Virus record (IMG/VR): IMGVR_UViG_3300037454_000906
Coordinates: 96,001 to 160,000 of that record
DNA: 64,000 bases
Reading direction: 5' to 3' (one strand)
Source: a virus
The notes below the pieces were generated by a model, which saw only the letters and a program-made list of their open reading frames with translations, had not been told where the DNA came from and searched no databases. A program made the position numbers and the translations under genes. Shown piece by piece: positions 9,585-17,608 of the stretch. The first letter of the stretch is position 1. Every line of letters starts with the position of its first letter.

Positions 9585-9637
9585 AATATAGCAAAAAAGT
9601 TAACCGGCGGCAACGGCTTCCCCGTTATTGCCGCCCG
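9585..9637 (-). promoter_or_regulatory. terminator hairpin overlapping a leaderless early promoter
   Basis: Hairpin 9604-9637 followed by a T6 tract; TTGCCG-N17-TATATT-N6-ATG. Confidence 0.7.
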
Positions 9638-9670
9638 GCATGTCCTCCGATACTGTCGCGAGGAATTTTA

Positions 9671-9919
9671 TCAATACTCCTTCATCACGGTGGTGCGTGA
9701 CAGTTGCCCACCCATCATGCCTACCTGGTCAAGGAAGTTTTTGGCTTCATCGAAGGTCTTGAAAGACCTGGGCCCGATAATTTCGCTGTTGAAAAAGGGG
9801 AACGGGCTCCAATTGGACCAGAAGAGGAATCTGGTTCGTTTTTGGGGAACGTATTCCACGTGCAGCTTGCTGTTGTCGTCGAACCATTCGCTTTTCACGA
9901 TGCGGTACCTACTCTGCAT
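9671..9919 (-). CDS. hypothetical protein
   Basis: 82-aa ORF with GGAGG RBS. Confidence 0.65.
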   Translation of the reverse strand: MQSRYRIVKSEWFDDNSKLHVEYVPQKRTRFLFWSNWSPFPFFNSEIIGPRSFKTFDEAKNFLDQVGMMGGQLSRTTVMKEY

Positions 9920-10784
9920 TTTTTACCTCCGTATCCGCGTTAGATTCAGGGATGAACTTGAACTTTGCCTTGATCTGCTCATCCAGGTCGATGACCGCGT
10001 AACCCGGGTAGTTCCCGCTCGGTACGCATTCGTCGGAGAACGGATCAAGCTGTCCTTGGGAAGAAGGGGCCACGTATTGAGTCCAGCGGTCCCAGGAATC
10101 GATGCTGGGGCAGTGATAGTGGCCACAGAAAATCCCACAAATGTGGAGCCCCTGTGTTGCCAAAAGGAACGTTTTTGCCACGTCCTCGTCGATGGAATAC
10201 TGCGGGCCGTTCATAAAACGATGGAACGGCTTGATAAGCGGCTTGTGGACGAACAGGTAATAGGCGTGTTCGGGTGTGCACGGAGCCATTTTAAGGAGTT
10301 CCTGCATGGCCTTGTGGGGAACGTCGTTATGCGCGTTGTCCATGCCTACCAGGTACTCAAACCCGTAACCATTTACGGGATTTCGCATCTTCAGTACAAC
10401 GAACTTACTCCCGGGTTCTTCAAATGAACCGCCATATGTCGCTATTGCGGCGTATTGCTTGTACGTATACCCGCGGGCCAAATATGCCTCATACGCGGCA
10501 TCGAGAGTCTTGCGGTTGTCATGGTTCCCGGGAACCACGAGCAACGGGGTGTCGGCCCCGAAGGTATCGACAATCCGGTCAAAGATGTAGGTATAGTCCT
10601 CGACCGTGGGCTCGATCGGATTATACTCGCTCTTGTCGTCTACCAGGTCGCCCGTCAGGACAACCGCGGCGAAGTCCTGGCCCCTGGTGTCGGCAAGGAT
10701 CCTCTCAAAGTGCTCCTTGACGTTAAATCGACCGTCATATTCGCCATGCAGGTGAATGTCGGTAATCTGTAGAATCTTCCTCAT
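9909..10784 (-). CDS. calcineurin-like metallophosphoesterase (Icc/CpdA-like)
   Basis: DIH, GDLVD, GNHD, H, GHYH motifs. Confidence 0.85.
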   Translation of the reverse strand: MRKILQITDIHLHGEYDGRFNVKEHFERILADTRGQDFAAVVLTGDLVDDKSEYNPIEPTVEDYTYIFDRIVDTFGADTPLLVVPGNHDNRKTLDAAYEAYLARGYTYKQYAAIATYGGSFEEPGSKFVVLKMRNPVNGYGFEYLVGMDNAHNDVPHKAMQELLKMAPCTPEHAYYLFVHKPLIKPFHRFMNGPQYSIDEDVAKTFLLATQGLHICGIFCGHYHCPSIDSWDRWTQYVAPSSQGQLDPFSDECVPSGNYPGYAVIDLDEQIKAKFKFIPESNADTEVKNAE

Positions 10785-10785
10785 G

Positions 10786-11166
10786 TTACCACCTATTGTA
10801 GTATTCCGGTTTATAGTCGCCAAAGCCATGCTCCTCAGCATACTTGATGGCGACCTCTTTCAGTTTCTTGTGAATGGCGGCCTCAGTGCCGCCACATTCC
10901 TTCGCCAGGTAGAACGCCTCGTCCTCGAGAAATTCACGGAACTCCCTGTGTTCGGGTTTCTTCCACCATGCGACCGCCTCGTCGACCTTCTGCTTGCCCC
11001 CGCATAACTTGTACCACCCGGCGCGATACGCGTTGGTCTTGTTCTTGTAGCCGTACCCGTTGGCGTTGTCGACAATTTCCCCGGTATCGATATCGACTAT
11101 CTCGAACCTTCCCGGCTTGCCGACCATCTCGACCACATCGAACGGCGCCTTTTTACCTTCGTCCAT
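10786..11166 (-). CDS. hypothetical protein
   Basis: ORF; start uncertain. Confidence 0.65.
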   Translation of the reverse strand: MDEGKKAPFDVVEMVGKPGRFEIVDIDTGEIVDNANGYGYKNKTNAYRAGWYKLCGGKQKVDEAVAWWKKPEHREFREFLEDEAFYLAKECGGTEAAIHKKLKEVAIKYAEEHGFGDYKPEYYNRW

Positions 11167-11521
11167 CGTCGCCTCGATTGGAGAACAGGTGCGCGTCATT
11201 AACACCTGCTTGTGGCCCGGAAAGGGAATGCCGCTTTTCCCTGGGGAGCACGGTGTACATCCCCTGCTCCTTCAGGATGTCGTCTAGCTGCCCAAATGGG
11301 CACTTAAATTCCTTGATCTCGGGTTCCTTGGAAAAGATTGATTTACGGGGAATCGCGATCTTCAGGGTAGCCACCTCGGCTGCGTAGTCGTAATGGATCC
11401 ATGATACCAGGCCGGTGCGGGGACTGACATACTTTGTCGTTCGCACGTCATACGAGTTCATGCCCTCAAGGAGTCCCTCGACGTAGCGAAATTTCCAGAT
11501 GGCGAAATTGACAATGTCCAT
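11153..11521 (-). CDS. hypothetical protein
   Basis: ORF after GAGG RBS. Confidence 0.6.
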   Translation of the reverse strand: MDIVNFAIWKFRYVEGLLEGMNSYDVRTTKYVSPRTGLVSWIHYDYAAEVATLKIAIPRKSIFSKEPEIKEFKCPFGQLDDILKEQGMYTVLPREKRHSLSGPQAGVNDAHLFSNRGDDGRR

Positions 11522-11532
11522 TGTTTTGTTCC

Positions 11533-11937
11533 TCAATTGCAGTTCTTGCTGCGGAGAATGAGCTCCACGGTGTCCGATAACTTGCTCTTCTTGGCGGCCT
11601 TATACACGTGCTGCACCTTGATAACGTCGTATTCCCCGCTGTCCCTGAGTGTTTCCACCAGGCGCGTGGTGGCACCGTCCTTGGCGCAGCTCGACAGCAC
11701 ATACTTGTACTCCTTGTGCCCCAGCATGAACCCGGCCAGCCTGGAATCGTCATTGACCGTCCACGTCGAGTTGTATCCGGCCTCCGTATTGGAATAGGGC
11801 GGATCGAGATATACGACGGCGCCGGAACCGCCGAACACGTCGATCAGGGTATTGCCCTGTGGAATCGCGGAATCCAGGTGTTCCATGAGGTTGAATTTGC
11901 ATCCCGCATAGGGAAACGGTGAATTGATATATTCCAT
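11533..11937 (-). CDS. internally deleted Dam-family DNA adenine methyltransferase
   Basis: SPFPYAGCK, DVFGGSGAV fused directly to VYLDPPY. Confidence 0.75.
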   Translation of the reverse strand: MEYINSPFPYAGCKFNLMEHLDSAIPQGNTLIDVFGGSGAVVYLDPPYSNTEAGYNSTWTVNDDSRLAGFMLGHKEYKYVLSSCAKDGATTRLVETLRDSGEYDVIKVQHVYKAAKKSKLSDTVELILRSKNCN

Positions 11938-11944
11938 ATCACCA

Positions 11945-11973
11945 AATATAGCAACAAAACCGCGCGTTGTCAA
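11945..11973 (-). promoter_or_regulatory. early promoter, leaderless
   Basis: TTGACA-N17-TATATT-N7-ATG. Confidence 0.8.
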
Positions 11974-12275
11974 TCAACGGCACTATATTTCCTGTATAGA
12001 TGCAATAGCCAGATGCAGCATATGAGGGCGAATCCGTAGTTGCCGTACAGTGGATACTGCCATTCGCCGGTGATCAGGTTGCTGTCAAGCACAAACAGGC
12101 CGCAGCATATGTTGGCGGCGAGCGACAGCAGTATCCACCCGAGGGACACCCCCTGCACACTGTGAGTCTTGCGGATCTTGAATATGGCGGGGAGGTTACA
12201 TATTGCGAACATGAACGAGCCCCCGTACCCGATAATTACGCATATAATGTGGACGATTAAGCGAAACGTCGTCAT
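11970..12275 (-). CDS. PQ-loop/SemiSWEET family membrane protein
   Basis: LPAIFKIRKTHSVQGVSL motif and three TM helices. Confidence 0.75.
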   Translation of the reverse strand: MTTFRLIVHIICVIIGYGGSFMFAICNLPAIFKIRKTHSVQGVSLGWILLSLAANICCGLFVLDSNLITGEWQYPLYGNYGFALICCIWLLHLYRKYSAVD

Positions 12276-12314
12276 GCGGGCAGTTTATAATAGGAATACT
12301 GTTCGGCTTCCGCG

Positions 12315-12590
12315 TCAGTCATTTCGTCCCCTTTTCCTGAGTAACGGGCAGCGATTAGGTATGCCAAACTCCCATTCATAATAATCCTGTGTACGTAACA
12401 CGTTCTTCCCGTGGGTGTTCTGTTCCACCTTGAAGCTGGTGCGGCTGATATTGAAGTTTCCAAGGCCGCAATACTGCCTCCAACCGGGTTTCTTTTCGGT
12501 CCCGTGGGTTTCAACGAAGTGCTTGCAGTGTTCACACCCCGTTATGCCCTGTTCACGTCGGACACGGTCTTTTTCCTTTTCCAGTTCCAT
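12315..12590 (-). CDS. Cys-rich hypothetical protein
   Basis: CEHCKHF...C...CPL. Confidence 0.65.
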   Translation of the reverse strand: MELEKEKDRVRREQGITGCEHCKHFVETHGTEKKPGWRQYCGLGNFNISRTSFKVEQNTHGKNVLRTQDYYEWEFGIPNRCPLLRKRGRND

Positions 12591-12841
12591 TAAGTTTCCT
12601 CTACCGGTTCCATCAGGGTTTTGTCCTCGTCAAGGGCGAGTTCCTTTTTAAGTTCTTCTTCGTCCCAGATTTCGTGGTAGTAGTTGCAGTCTGGTGTGCA
12701 CTTGTCGGAGTCTGACCATAGGCCGTATGGTTCGGGGAATGGACATTCATCCACCTCGATGATTAGTTTGTGGCAGGCAGTGCAGCAGGTGCAGTCCGGG
12801 AGGCAGTATGCGATTTCGCCGTCAACTATTACGTCTACCAT
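12590..12841 (-). CDS. Cys-rich hypothetical protein
   Basis: CTCCTAC, CP, CTPDC. Confidence 0.65.
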   Translation of the reverse strand: MVDVIVDGEIAYCLPDCTCCTACHKLIIEVDECPFPEPYGLWSDSDKCTPDCNYYHEIWDEEELKKELALDEDKTLMEPVEET

Positions 12842-12889
12842 GGGTCTTTATTCCTTGTGTTAGATTTACATCTCCCCAACGCCAATGAG

Positions 12890-13060
12890 GTGAACTACCC
12901 ACAGCCTAAAGGCTGTGAGCTTCGAGTTTTCGCTTCGACGGAGCCACTTGTGCTAACTCAGTATAACTGGGAGACATAGAGGCAGCTACCTCAGCGGAGG
13001 CGTGTTCCACGCACTCAGCACGTTTAGTCGTGCCAAACAAGAGTACATTACAGGCGGAAT
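12890..13060 (-). ncRNA. predicted omegaRNA scaffold of element 1 (guide 12889-12870)
   Basis: Overlaps the tnpB 3' end and right-end hairpin as in IS605 elements; 5' limit approximate. Confidence 0.55.
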
Positions 13061-14192
13061 GCCAATCCCTCGGCTTGGTATAACCGCAATCACAGTGATA
13101 TGTGCGCTCATCCAAGCTAATGGTATTTACTGCACCGCAAGCTGGACACATCTTGGTCGTCGGTAGCCACTTTGACAACACGAATGCGCGGTCTGCCTTG
13201 ACCAGCATCTTGATACGCTGTTTAAGGTCTCCCATGCAAGAGTGTTGCACTTGCTTACCGAACCAGGTCTGGTGCCAGTTCTTGATCTGCTCGTCCTGTA
13301 TGTATATGACATCGTAGCTGGACACAAGGTCGTGGTAGATTTTGTTGCAGATGTCCTTGCGGACATTCGCAACATGTTCATGCTCACGGGCAAGCTGCTT
13401 CCTACAATTCCATCGCCGCTTGGAGTCCTTCTGCTTCTTGTGCCTATTGAGCATCTTGCTCAGGTACTTCAGGTACTCGGTTTCTTGCACTTTGCAATCG
13501 TAGGTCTTGTTGTCCGATGTCGTTATCGTATTCTTGATGCCGAAGTCCAGGCCGACACTCTTGCGGGTGCGGTTTCTCGGTTCCTTCGGCAACATAATGG
13601 TGAGTTTTACATAGTAACCTGATGCCTTGCGAATGAGCTTGGCATCGGCTATCTCGTATTCCTCAAACTCTATCTGATGCAAGCCGTTCACTTTCAATTT
13701 CCTGAAACCAGGAATGGTGATATGGCTTGCATCCAAAATCTTCGTGAAACCCGTAATGATGGGAATGCAGTTCACTTCGCTTTTGAACTTCAACGCGCCA
13801 ACCTTGATACCTTTCTTCTTGGCCTTGGTGAGGTTGACAATGTCGGTCTTCTTCTGGGCTACAGTAGCCCTGTGGAGAACGGACGGCAGTGTAATGGATG
13901 AAGTGACCGGGTTCTTGTCCTTGTCGTAGTGGACTACATCCCTATGCTCGGTGTACTTGTAATCGAACATGCTGTTGTCGGGATTATCCTTGGACAACGA
14001 CAACATGTCGTTGATTACCCACTTAGCTTCCTTGAAACAGTTGGATAATTTCTCAAACACCGATTTGGGATTGTGCCGTATGGACACCTTAAGCTCGAAG
14101 ACACGGCATGTCTGCGTCTTACGACGGGCATGCGTTTCCGCCATGCTCGCCTTAATCCTCGCCTTCGTATCTTCGCTTCTTATCAGTTCCAT
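12906..14192 (-). CDS. tnpB: TnpB RNA-guided endonuclease with atypical RuvC-II
   Basis: GLDFGIK, YIQDEQ, CPACG/CDCG zinc finger, RDWHSACN. Confidence 0.9.
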   Translation of the reverse strand: MELIRSEDTKARIKASMAETHARRKTQTCRVFELKVSIRHNPKSVFEKLSNCFKEAKWVINDMLSLSKDNPDNSMFDYKYTEHRDVVHYDKDKNPVTSSITLPSVLHRATVAQKKTDIVNLTKAKKKGIKVGALKFKSEVNCIPIITGFTKILDASHITIPGFRKLKVNGLHQIEFEEYEIADAKLIRKASGYYVKLTIMLPKEPRNRTRKSVGLDFGIKNTITTSDNKTYDCKVQETEYLKYLSKMLNRHKKQKDSKRRWNCRKQLAREHEHVANVRKDICNKIYHDLVSSYDVIYIQDEQIKNWHQTWFGKQVQHSCMGDLKQRIKMLVKADRAFVLSKWLPTTKMCPACGAVNTISLDERTYHCDCGYTKPRDWHSACNVLLFGTTKRAECVEHASAEVAASMSPSYTELAQVAPSKRKLEAHSL

Positions 14193-14300
14193 AACAAGAT
14201 TCTTGACTATACTTATAGTTTAGAAGTTTTACTCAATAAATATATCTATTTTAGTGCCCATAAAATGTTATTTATTTCTTACATTTGCTATCGGCGGGTC

Positions 14301-14663
14301 TTACCCACGCCCTAAAGGGCGTGAGCTTGCGACCGCCCATTCCTCCTTAAACCTCAGCTTGCTAACTCGCTTCGCATATTGCGAATTCTTGGCGGTGGCT
14401 CGGTCGGGCACTGTCGACAGCCGAACCATTCGCCGCACCCGGAACGCATTAAACGGGCCGGCCTTCACCGCAACGCACGGGGGTTCCTCTTCACCCGGTA
14501 ATCGGAAAAACACCCAGACCTCTCCGTTACCAGAAAAATAGCGAAGCACCTCACGATTATGGGCTATTAGCGAAACGACGCCACCCCTGTCTCGAGAAAA
14601 GGTGGCGAAAATATCTTCGGCAGCCTTGGTCGCGATATCAATTACTTTACCGGCGGTAAGCAT
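14301..14663 (-). CDS. hypothetical protein whose 3' end reads into the IS left end
   Basis: Last ~10 codons are encoded by the element hairpin. Confidence 0.6.
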   Translation of the reverse strand: MLTAGKVIDIATKAAEDIFATFSRDRGGVVSLIAHNREVLRYFSGNGEVWVFFRLPGEEEPPCVAVKAGPFNAFRVRRMVRLSTVPDRATAKNSQYAKRVSKLRFKEEWAVASSRPLGRG

Positions 14664-14695
14664 TTAATCTCCTTTGTATTAAATATATTCATTTA

Positions 14696-14872
14696 TTATC
14701 TCCTGTATGTTTCCTTGTATATCAAATCCAGCAGGGTCCAGAAGGAAGCGGTATTGAAGATGACGAATATGACGAGGCCGATTATTTGGAGGATGGAGAG
14801 GTCTACGGTATGTAGGAGGTAGATACCTAATACGACTGCAAGCATATTGATTAGGCAGATGTAGTCTTTCAT
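14696..14872 (-). CDS. 58-aa membrane protein
   Basis: Hand translation MKDYICLINMLAVVLGIYLL...; two TM helices. Confidence 0.6.
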   Translation of the reverse strand: MKDYICLINMLAVVLGIYLLHTVDLSILQIIGLVIFVIFNTASFWTLLDLIYKETYRR

Positions 14873-14958
14873 GTTGGTACTCTGTGGTTAGAATGTGTCG
14901 TGCTTCTTGTTTTTATTCCTCGTTATGGAAGCCCCGTTAAACCGTAAGTGCATCATTT

Positions 14959-15042
14959 CTCCTCTGGCGCGGGGAGTATGGTATCATTTTGTTGGCATCA
15001 ACAAAATGATCTTTCATTCCTCCTCTGGCGCGGGGAGTATGG
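14959..15042. repeat. 23-bp direct repeat with a 61-bp period
   Basis: CTCCTCTGGCGCGGGGAGTATGG at 14959-14981 and 15020-15042. Confidence 0.85.
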
Positions 15043-15325
15043 GCATCCAATACTCTACTCCATAATCATAAAAACTAAAACCCATACGTCCTTTATGGTT
15101 TATATGCGTCCATTTATCGGCATTTCTGAATCCGCTAGAACCGCAAATTATGTAATAGCCTTCTTCGCTAGGTTTTTCCTCGCTAAACTTTCTCCAGCGG
15201 GTAGCCTCTCGCAACGAGGCGAGTTCTTTTTCCATGCTATCCACCCGTTCCATAGCTTGCAACAGAAACTCCCGCAGAATAGACGGCTTGTTGCAGTTTT
15301 CAACAAATTCTTTTGTGAGCTCCAT
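15014..15325 (-). CDS. DUF551-like phage protein
   Basis: WRKFSEEKP...YWMPILPAP. Confidence 0.65.
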   Translation of the reverse strand: MELTKEFVENCNKPSILREFLLQAMERVDSMEKELASLREATRWRKFSEEKPSEEGYYIICGSSGFRNADKWTHINHKGRMGFSFYDYGVEYWMPILPAPEEE

Positions 15326-15399
15326 ACTCAATCCTCCAAAAGATTATTTTCTATATGTTTTTATTCCTCGTTATGGAAGCACCGTTAAACCGATAGCTC

Positions 15400-15609
15400 T
15401 TACTGCTTCACAAATCGAAACTTGAAATGCTTGCCTTTATGCCGCTTCAACGGCTTGACGCAAGGTAGTGAATTTATCATCTTCTCGTGCCAGTCGGCGA
15501 ACGCTTGCCACTGTTCAGGCGTCTTCGGCTTGTACTCCTCAGCCTTGGCATGTAGCTTCTCCGACTGTTCGTCAAGGCATTTCAACCATTGTTCGTCGGG
15601 TGTTGTCAT
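15400..15609 (-). CDS. hypothetical cassette protein
   Basis: ORF between repeats 2 and 3. Confidence 0.65.
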   Translation of the reverse strand: MTTPDEQWLKCLDEQSEKLHAKAEEYKPKTPEQWQAFADWHEKMINSLPCVKPLKRHKGKHFKFRFVKQ

Positions 15610-15648
15610 ACTAAGTTTTTATTCCTCGTTATAGAATCCTCGTTAAAC

Positions 15649-15862
15649 CTAACCAAGAATTTCTTGGACGGCTAATCTTCCGCTATCGCCGTCTCCGAGG
15701 ACTTCGGCGATCTTTGACCAGCCTCACAGTGAAGCCGCTGCCGGGTCCTGGATCGGCAATGTCCTGCAGCATCTGGTACCGCAACGCGTCAAGCGCTTTC
15801 TCGTCCGTATTGCCATGGGCGTCTATCTCTACGATACGTGTATATTTTGCTCGGTATTTCAT
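15649..15862 (-). pseudogene. hypothetical cassette protein with probable 1-nt frameshift near 15714
   Basis: MKYRAKYTRIVEID...VRLVK continues as IAEVLGDGDSGRLAVQEILG* to a TAG at the repeat if one A is removed. Confidence 0.5.
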
Positions 15863-15923
15863 GTACCCTGTTCCCTTATTAGTTTTTATTCCTCGTTATG
15901 TAAGCCCATTAAACCCTGCCAAT

Positions 15924-16271
15924 CTAGGCTATATTATGTTCTTTTCGGTATTTGGGTGTACCGGGGTCACCGTCCTTGACTACCTCGGCGGTCAGCAGTT
16001 CATCCAGCGGACATGATGTCTGAATACCGTTGATGAACTTTATCCCATAATGTCCACTATACGGAAAATAATGTACTTCGGCAATGATACTTACCGAATG
16101 TTTCTGGTGGCAGTGGTCGGTAAACCAATGGTCATTATGTATGAGCGCATACCGGTCAACCGGTACCGGAATCATATCGGGCAATTCTTCGCATGGCATA
16201 CGATTATACTCACCTCGCCTACTTGGGTTTTTATCATCTCGTTGTGGAAGCCCCGTTAAAACCTTAATCAT
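15924..16271 (-). CDS. hypothetical cassette protein (true start probably near 16170-16200)
   Basis: ORF between repeats 4 and 5. Confidence 0.5.
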   Translation of the reverse strand: MIKVLTGLPQRDDKNPSRRGEYNRMPCEELPDMIPVPVDRYALIHNDHWFTDHCHQKHSVSIIAEVHYFPYSGHYGIKFINGIQTSCPLDELLTAEVVKDGDPGTPKYRKEHNIA

Positions 16272-16491
16272 TTTTCTCCACCTTTATTACCTCAAATTCA
16301 TCACAGTAACTGTCATATATTTCATTAGACCACTTATATGCTTCGCTTTCAGTAAATCGTTGGGCTTGTTCTATATCTTCGGTAATGTTATACCCACTAA
16401 ATCCATCTTTGTCTGTGTCAATATGTAAAACATATACGGGGACTTCTCTATCTTCCCATTCTTTGCAAACCAATACAAATCCATTTTGCAT
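16264..16491 (-). CDS. hypothetical cassette protein
   Basis: ATG immediately follows repeat 6; stop abuts repeat 5. Confidence 0.7.
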   Translation of the reverse strand: MQNGFVLVCKEWEDREVPVYVLHIDTDKDGFSGYNITEDIEQAQRFTESEAYKWSNEIYDSYCDEFEVIKVEKND

Positions 16492-16519
16492 GTTTTTATT
16501 CCTCGTTATGGAAGCCCCG

Positions 16520-16906
16520 TTAAGCCATAGGAGATTCAATCTTGCGCAATTCGGTTAAATAATCAACAGACTGCTCGCCCAATTCATCTAGGAATACCTC
16601 TTTGTCCGGTAAATCCAATTCATCAAAAGTTCCATCTATTTTTCTAGCACAACTGTTTTCGACTTTCCACTTTTCATTAGATTCCTGAAAAATACAAAAC
16701 ATCGTGATACGGTTTTCTAGCAAATCAATTAAAGATCTTATTGTTGTTGCGGCAAGAACATACTCTTTCAAATCAACATCACAGCAATACGCAATGTAAT
16801 ACTTGCCACCATGATTTTTACATACGAACAAAAGAGGTCCATCATAATAGACAAGAACCTTATCCGTTTTCAAATCGTTCAGATTAAAAGTTTCGTTATC
16901 ACTCAT
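16520..16906 (-). CDS. DUF6575-like protein, AT-rich
   Basis: VLVYYDGPLLF...Y.A; stop codon lies inside repeat 6. Confidence 0.6.
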   Translation of the reverse strand: MSDNETFNLNDLKTDKVLVYYDGPLLFVCKNHGGKYYIAYCCDVDLKEYVLAATTIRSLIDLLENRITMFCIFQESNEKWKVENSCARKIDGTFDELDLPDKEVFLDELGEQSVDYLTELRKIESPMA

Positions 16907-16957
16907 TATCTTTCCGGTAACACTTTGGGTGGACATAACCTTATTATAAACACGTGG

Positions 16958-17608
16958 CTATATATAGAACGTTGATTCACCGGACTCGAATTCACGCTTG
17001 ATGAGGCCGGTGACTTTCAATCCGTCGGGACTCTTGTCGAACCACGCCTCTATCATATCCAGGTTCTTGAATACGAATCCGTTGCTGTTGATGAGATCAT
17101 ATGCACTTTTGTTCAGTGCACATTTGCACAGTGCAACCCTGGCGTCAATGGATTCCTTGAACCACCACCACATCGCCCTGATGAACATGCCGTGCCCGAT
17201 GACCACGGCGTTTTCCTCGCGCATCGGAGTGGAAATTGACGAAATGGCTTCATCGATCCTGCCGAGCATGGTGTCCTTGCCCAGCGGGACCAGGGATGCA
17301 AATTTGTCCTCGGAAATTTCCCAAAACTTGACGTTCCCGAGGCCGGAGCAGTCGAATTCACGGAATTCATCGAGAGGCACCGTTTCCATCCAGGGGAACA
17401 ATGCATTCGCGGTCTCCCTGCATCGCAACGCGGGGGAGACGTGTATCTTGGACGGGAACCCGCAGATATGGATTCCGACGCTAAGCCGCCACCTTTCAAT
17501 GTCGGCTTTGGATAGCGGAAGTATACTGGACCCGTCGTAGTTCCGCAATATGCTGCCGCTGAGGTTCGCCTTCGTAGGGGCGTGCCTGATCAAGTAAAGC
17601 CTGTACAT
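16958..17608 (-). CDS. histidine phosphatase (phosphoglycerate mutase-like)
   Basis: LIRHA, SPALRCRETA, FREFD.G, GHG. Confidence 0.85.
   Translation of the reverse strand: MYRLYLIRHAPTKANLSGSILRNYDGSSILPLSKADIERWRLSVGIHICGFPSKIHVSPALRCRETANALFPWMETVPLDEFREFDCSGLGNVKFWEISEDKFASLVPLGKDTMLGRIDEAISSISTPMREENAVVIGHGMFIRAMWWWFKESIDARVALCKCALNKSAYDLINSNGFVFKNLDMIEAWFDKSPDGLKVTGLIKREFESGESTFYI

Larger units (their letters stand above)
12890..14338 (-). mobile_element. tnpA-less IS200/IS605-family (IS1341-like) element 1
   Basis: Subterminal hairpins CACAGCCTAAAGGCTGTG (12900-12917) and CACGCCCTAAAGGGCGTG (14306-14323); right end GTAGTTCAC; left boundary approximate. Confidence 0.85.
14909..16526 (-). 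repeat. six dispersed ~35-bp direct repeats separating small genes
   Basis: Consensus GGTTTAACGGGGCTTCCATAACGAGGAATAAAAAC at 14909-14943, 15357-15391, 15615-15649, 15882-15915, 16227-16263, 16492-16526. Confidence 0.9.

Noticed and set aside
9378-10427. Long antisense ORFs (also 13-579, 33729-34517, 39604-40524, 2721-3191 and others)
   Set aside because: These are shadow frames opposite motif-bearing genes with GC3-rich codons, and they lack an RBS or promoter.
12272-12322. 16-aa ORF MTDAEAEQYSYYKLPA overlapping its neighbours at both ends
   Set aside because: Too short to support; it may be a remnant or coupling peptide.
14909-16526. CRISPR array
   Set aside because: Inter-repeat segments are 220-410 bp and protein-coding, repeats vary and are not palindromic, and there are no cas genes.
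14909-16526. Bona fide integron attC sites or Xer dif sites
   Set aside because: Only ~35 bp (known attC are at least ~57 bp), no full R''-L''-L'-R' palindrome in repeats 1-6, only a partial match to the XerD arm, and no integrase in the window.
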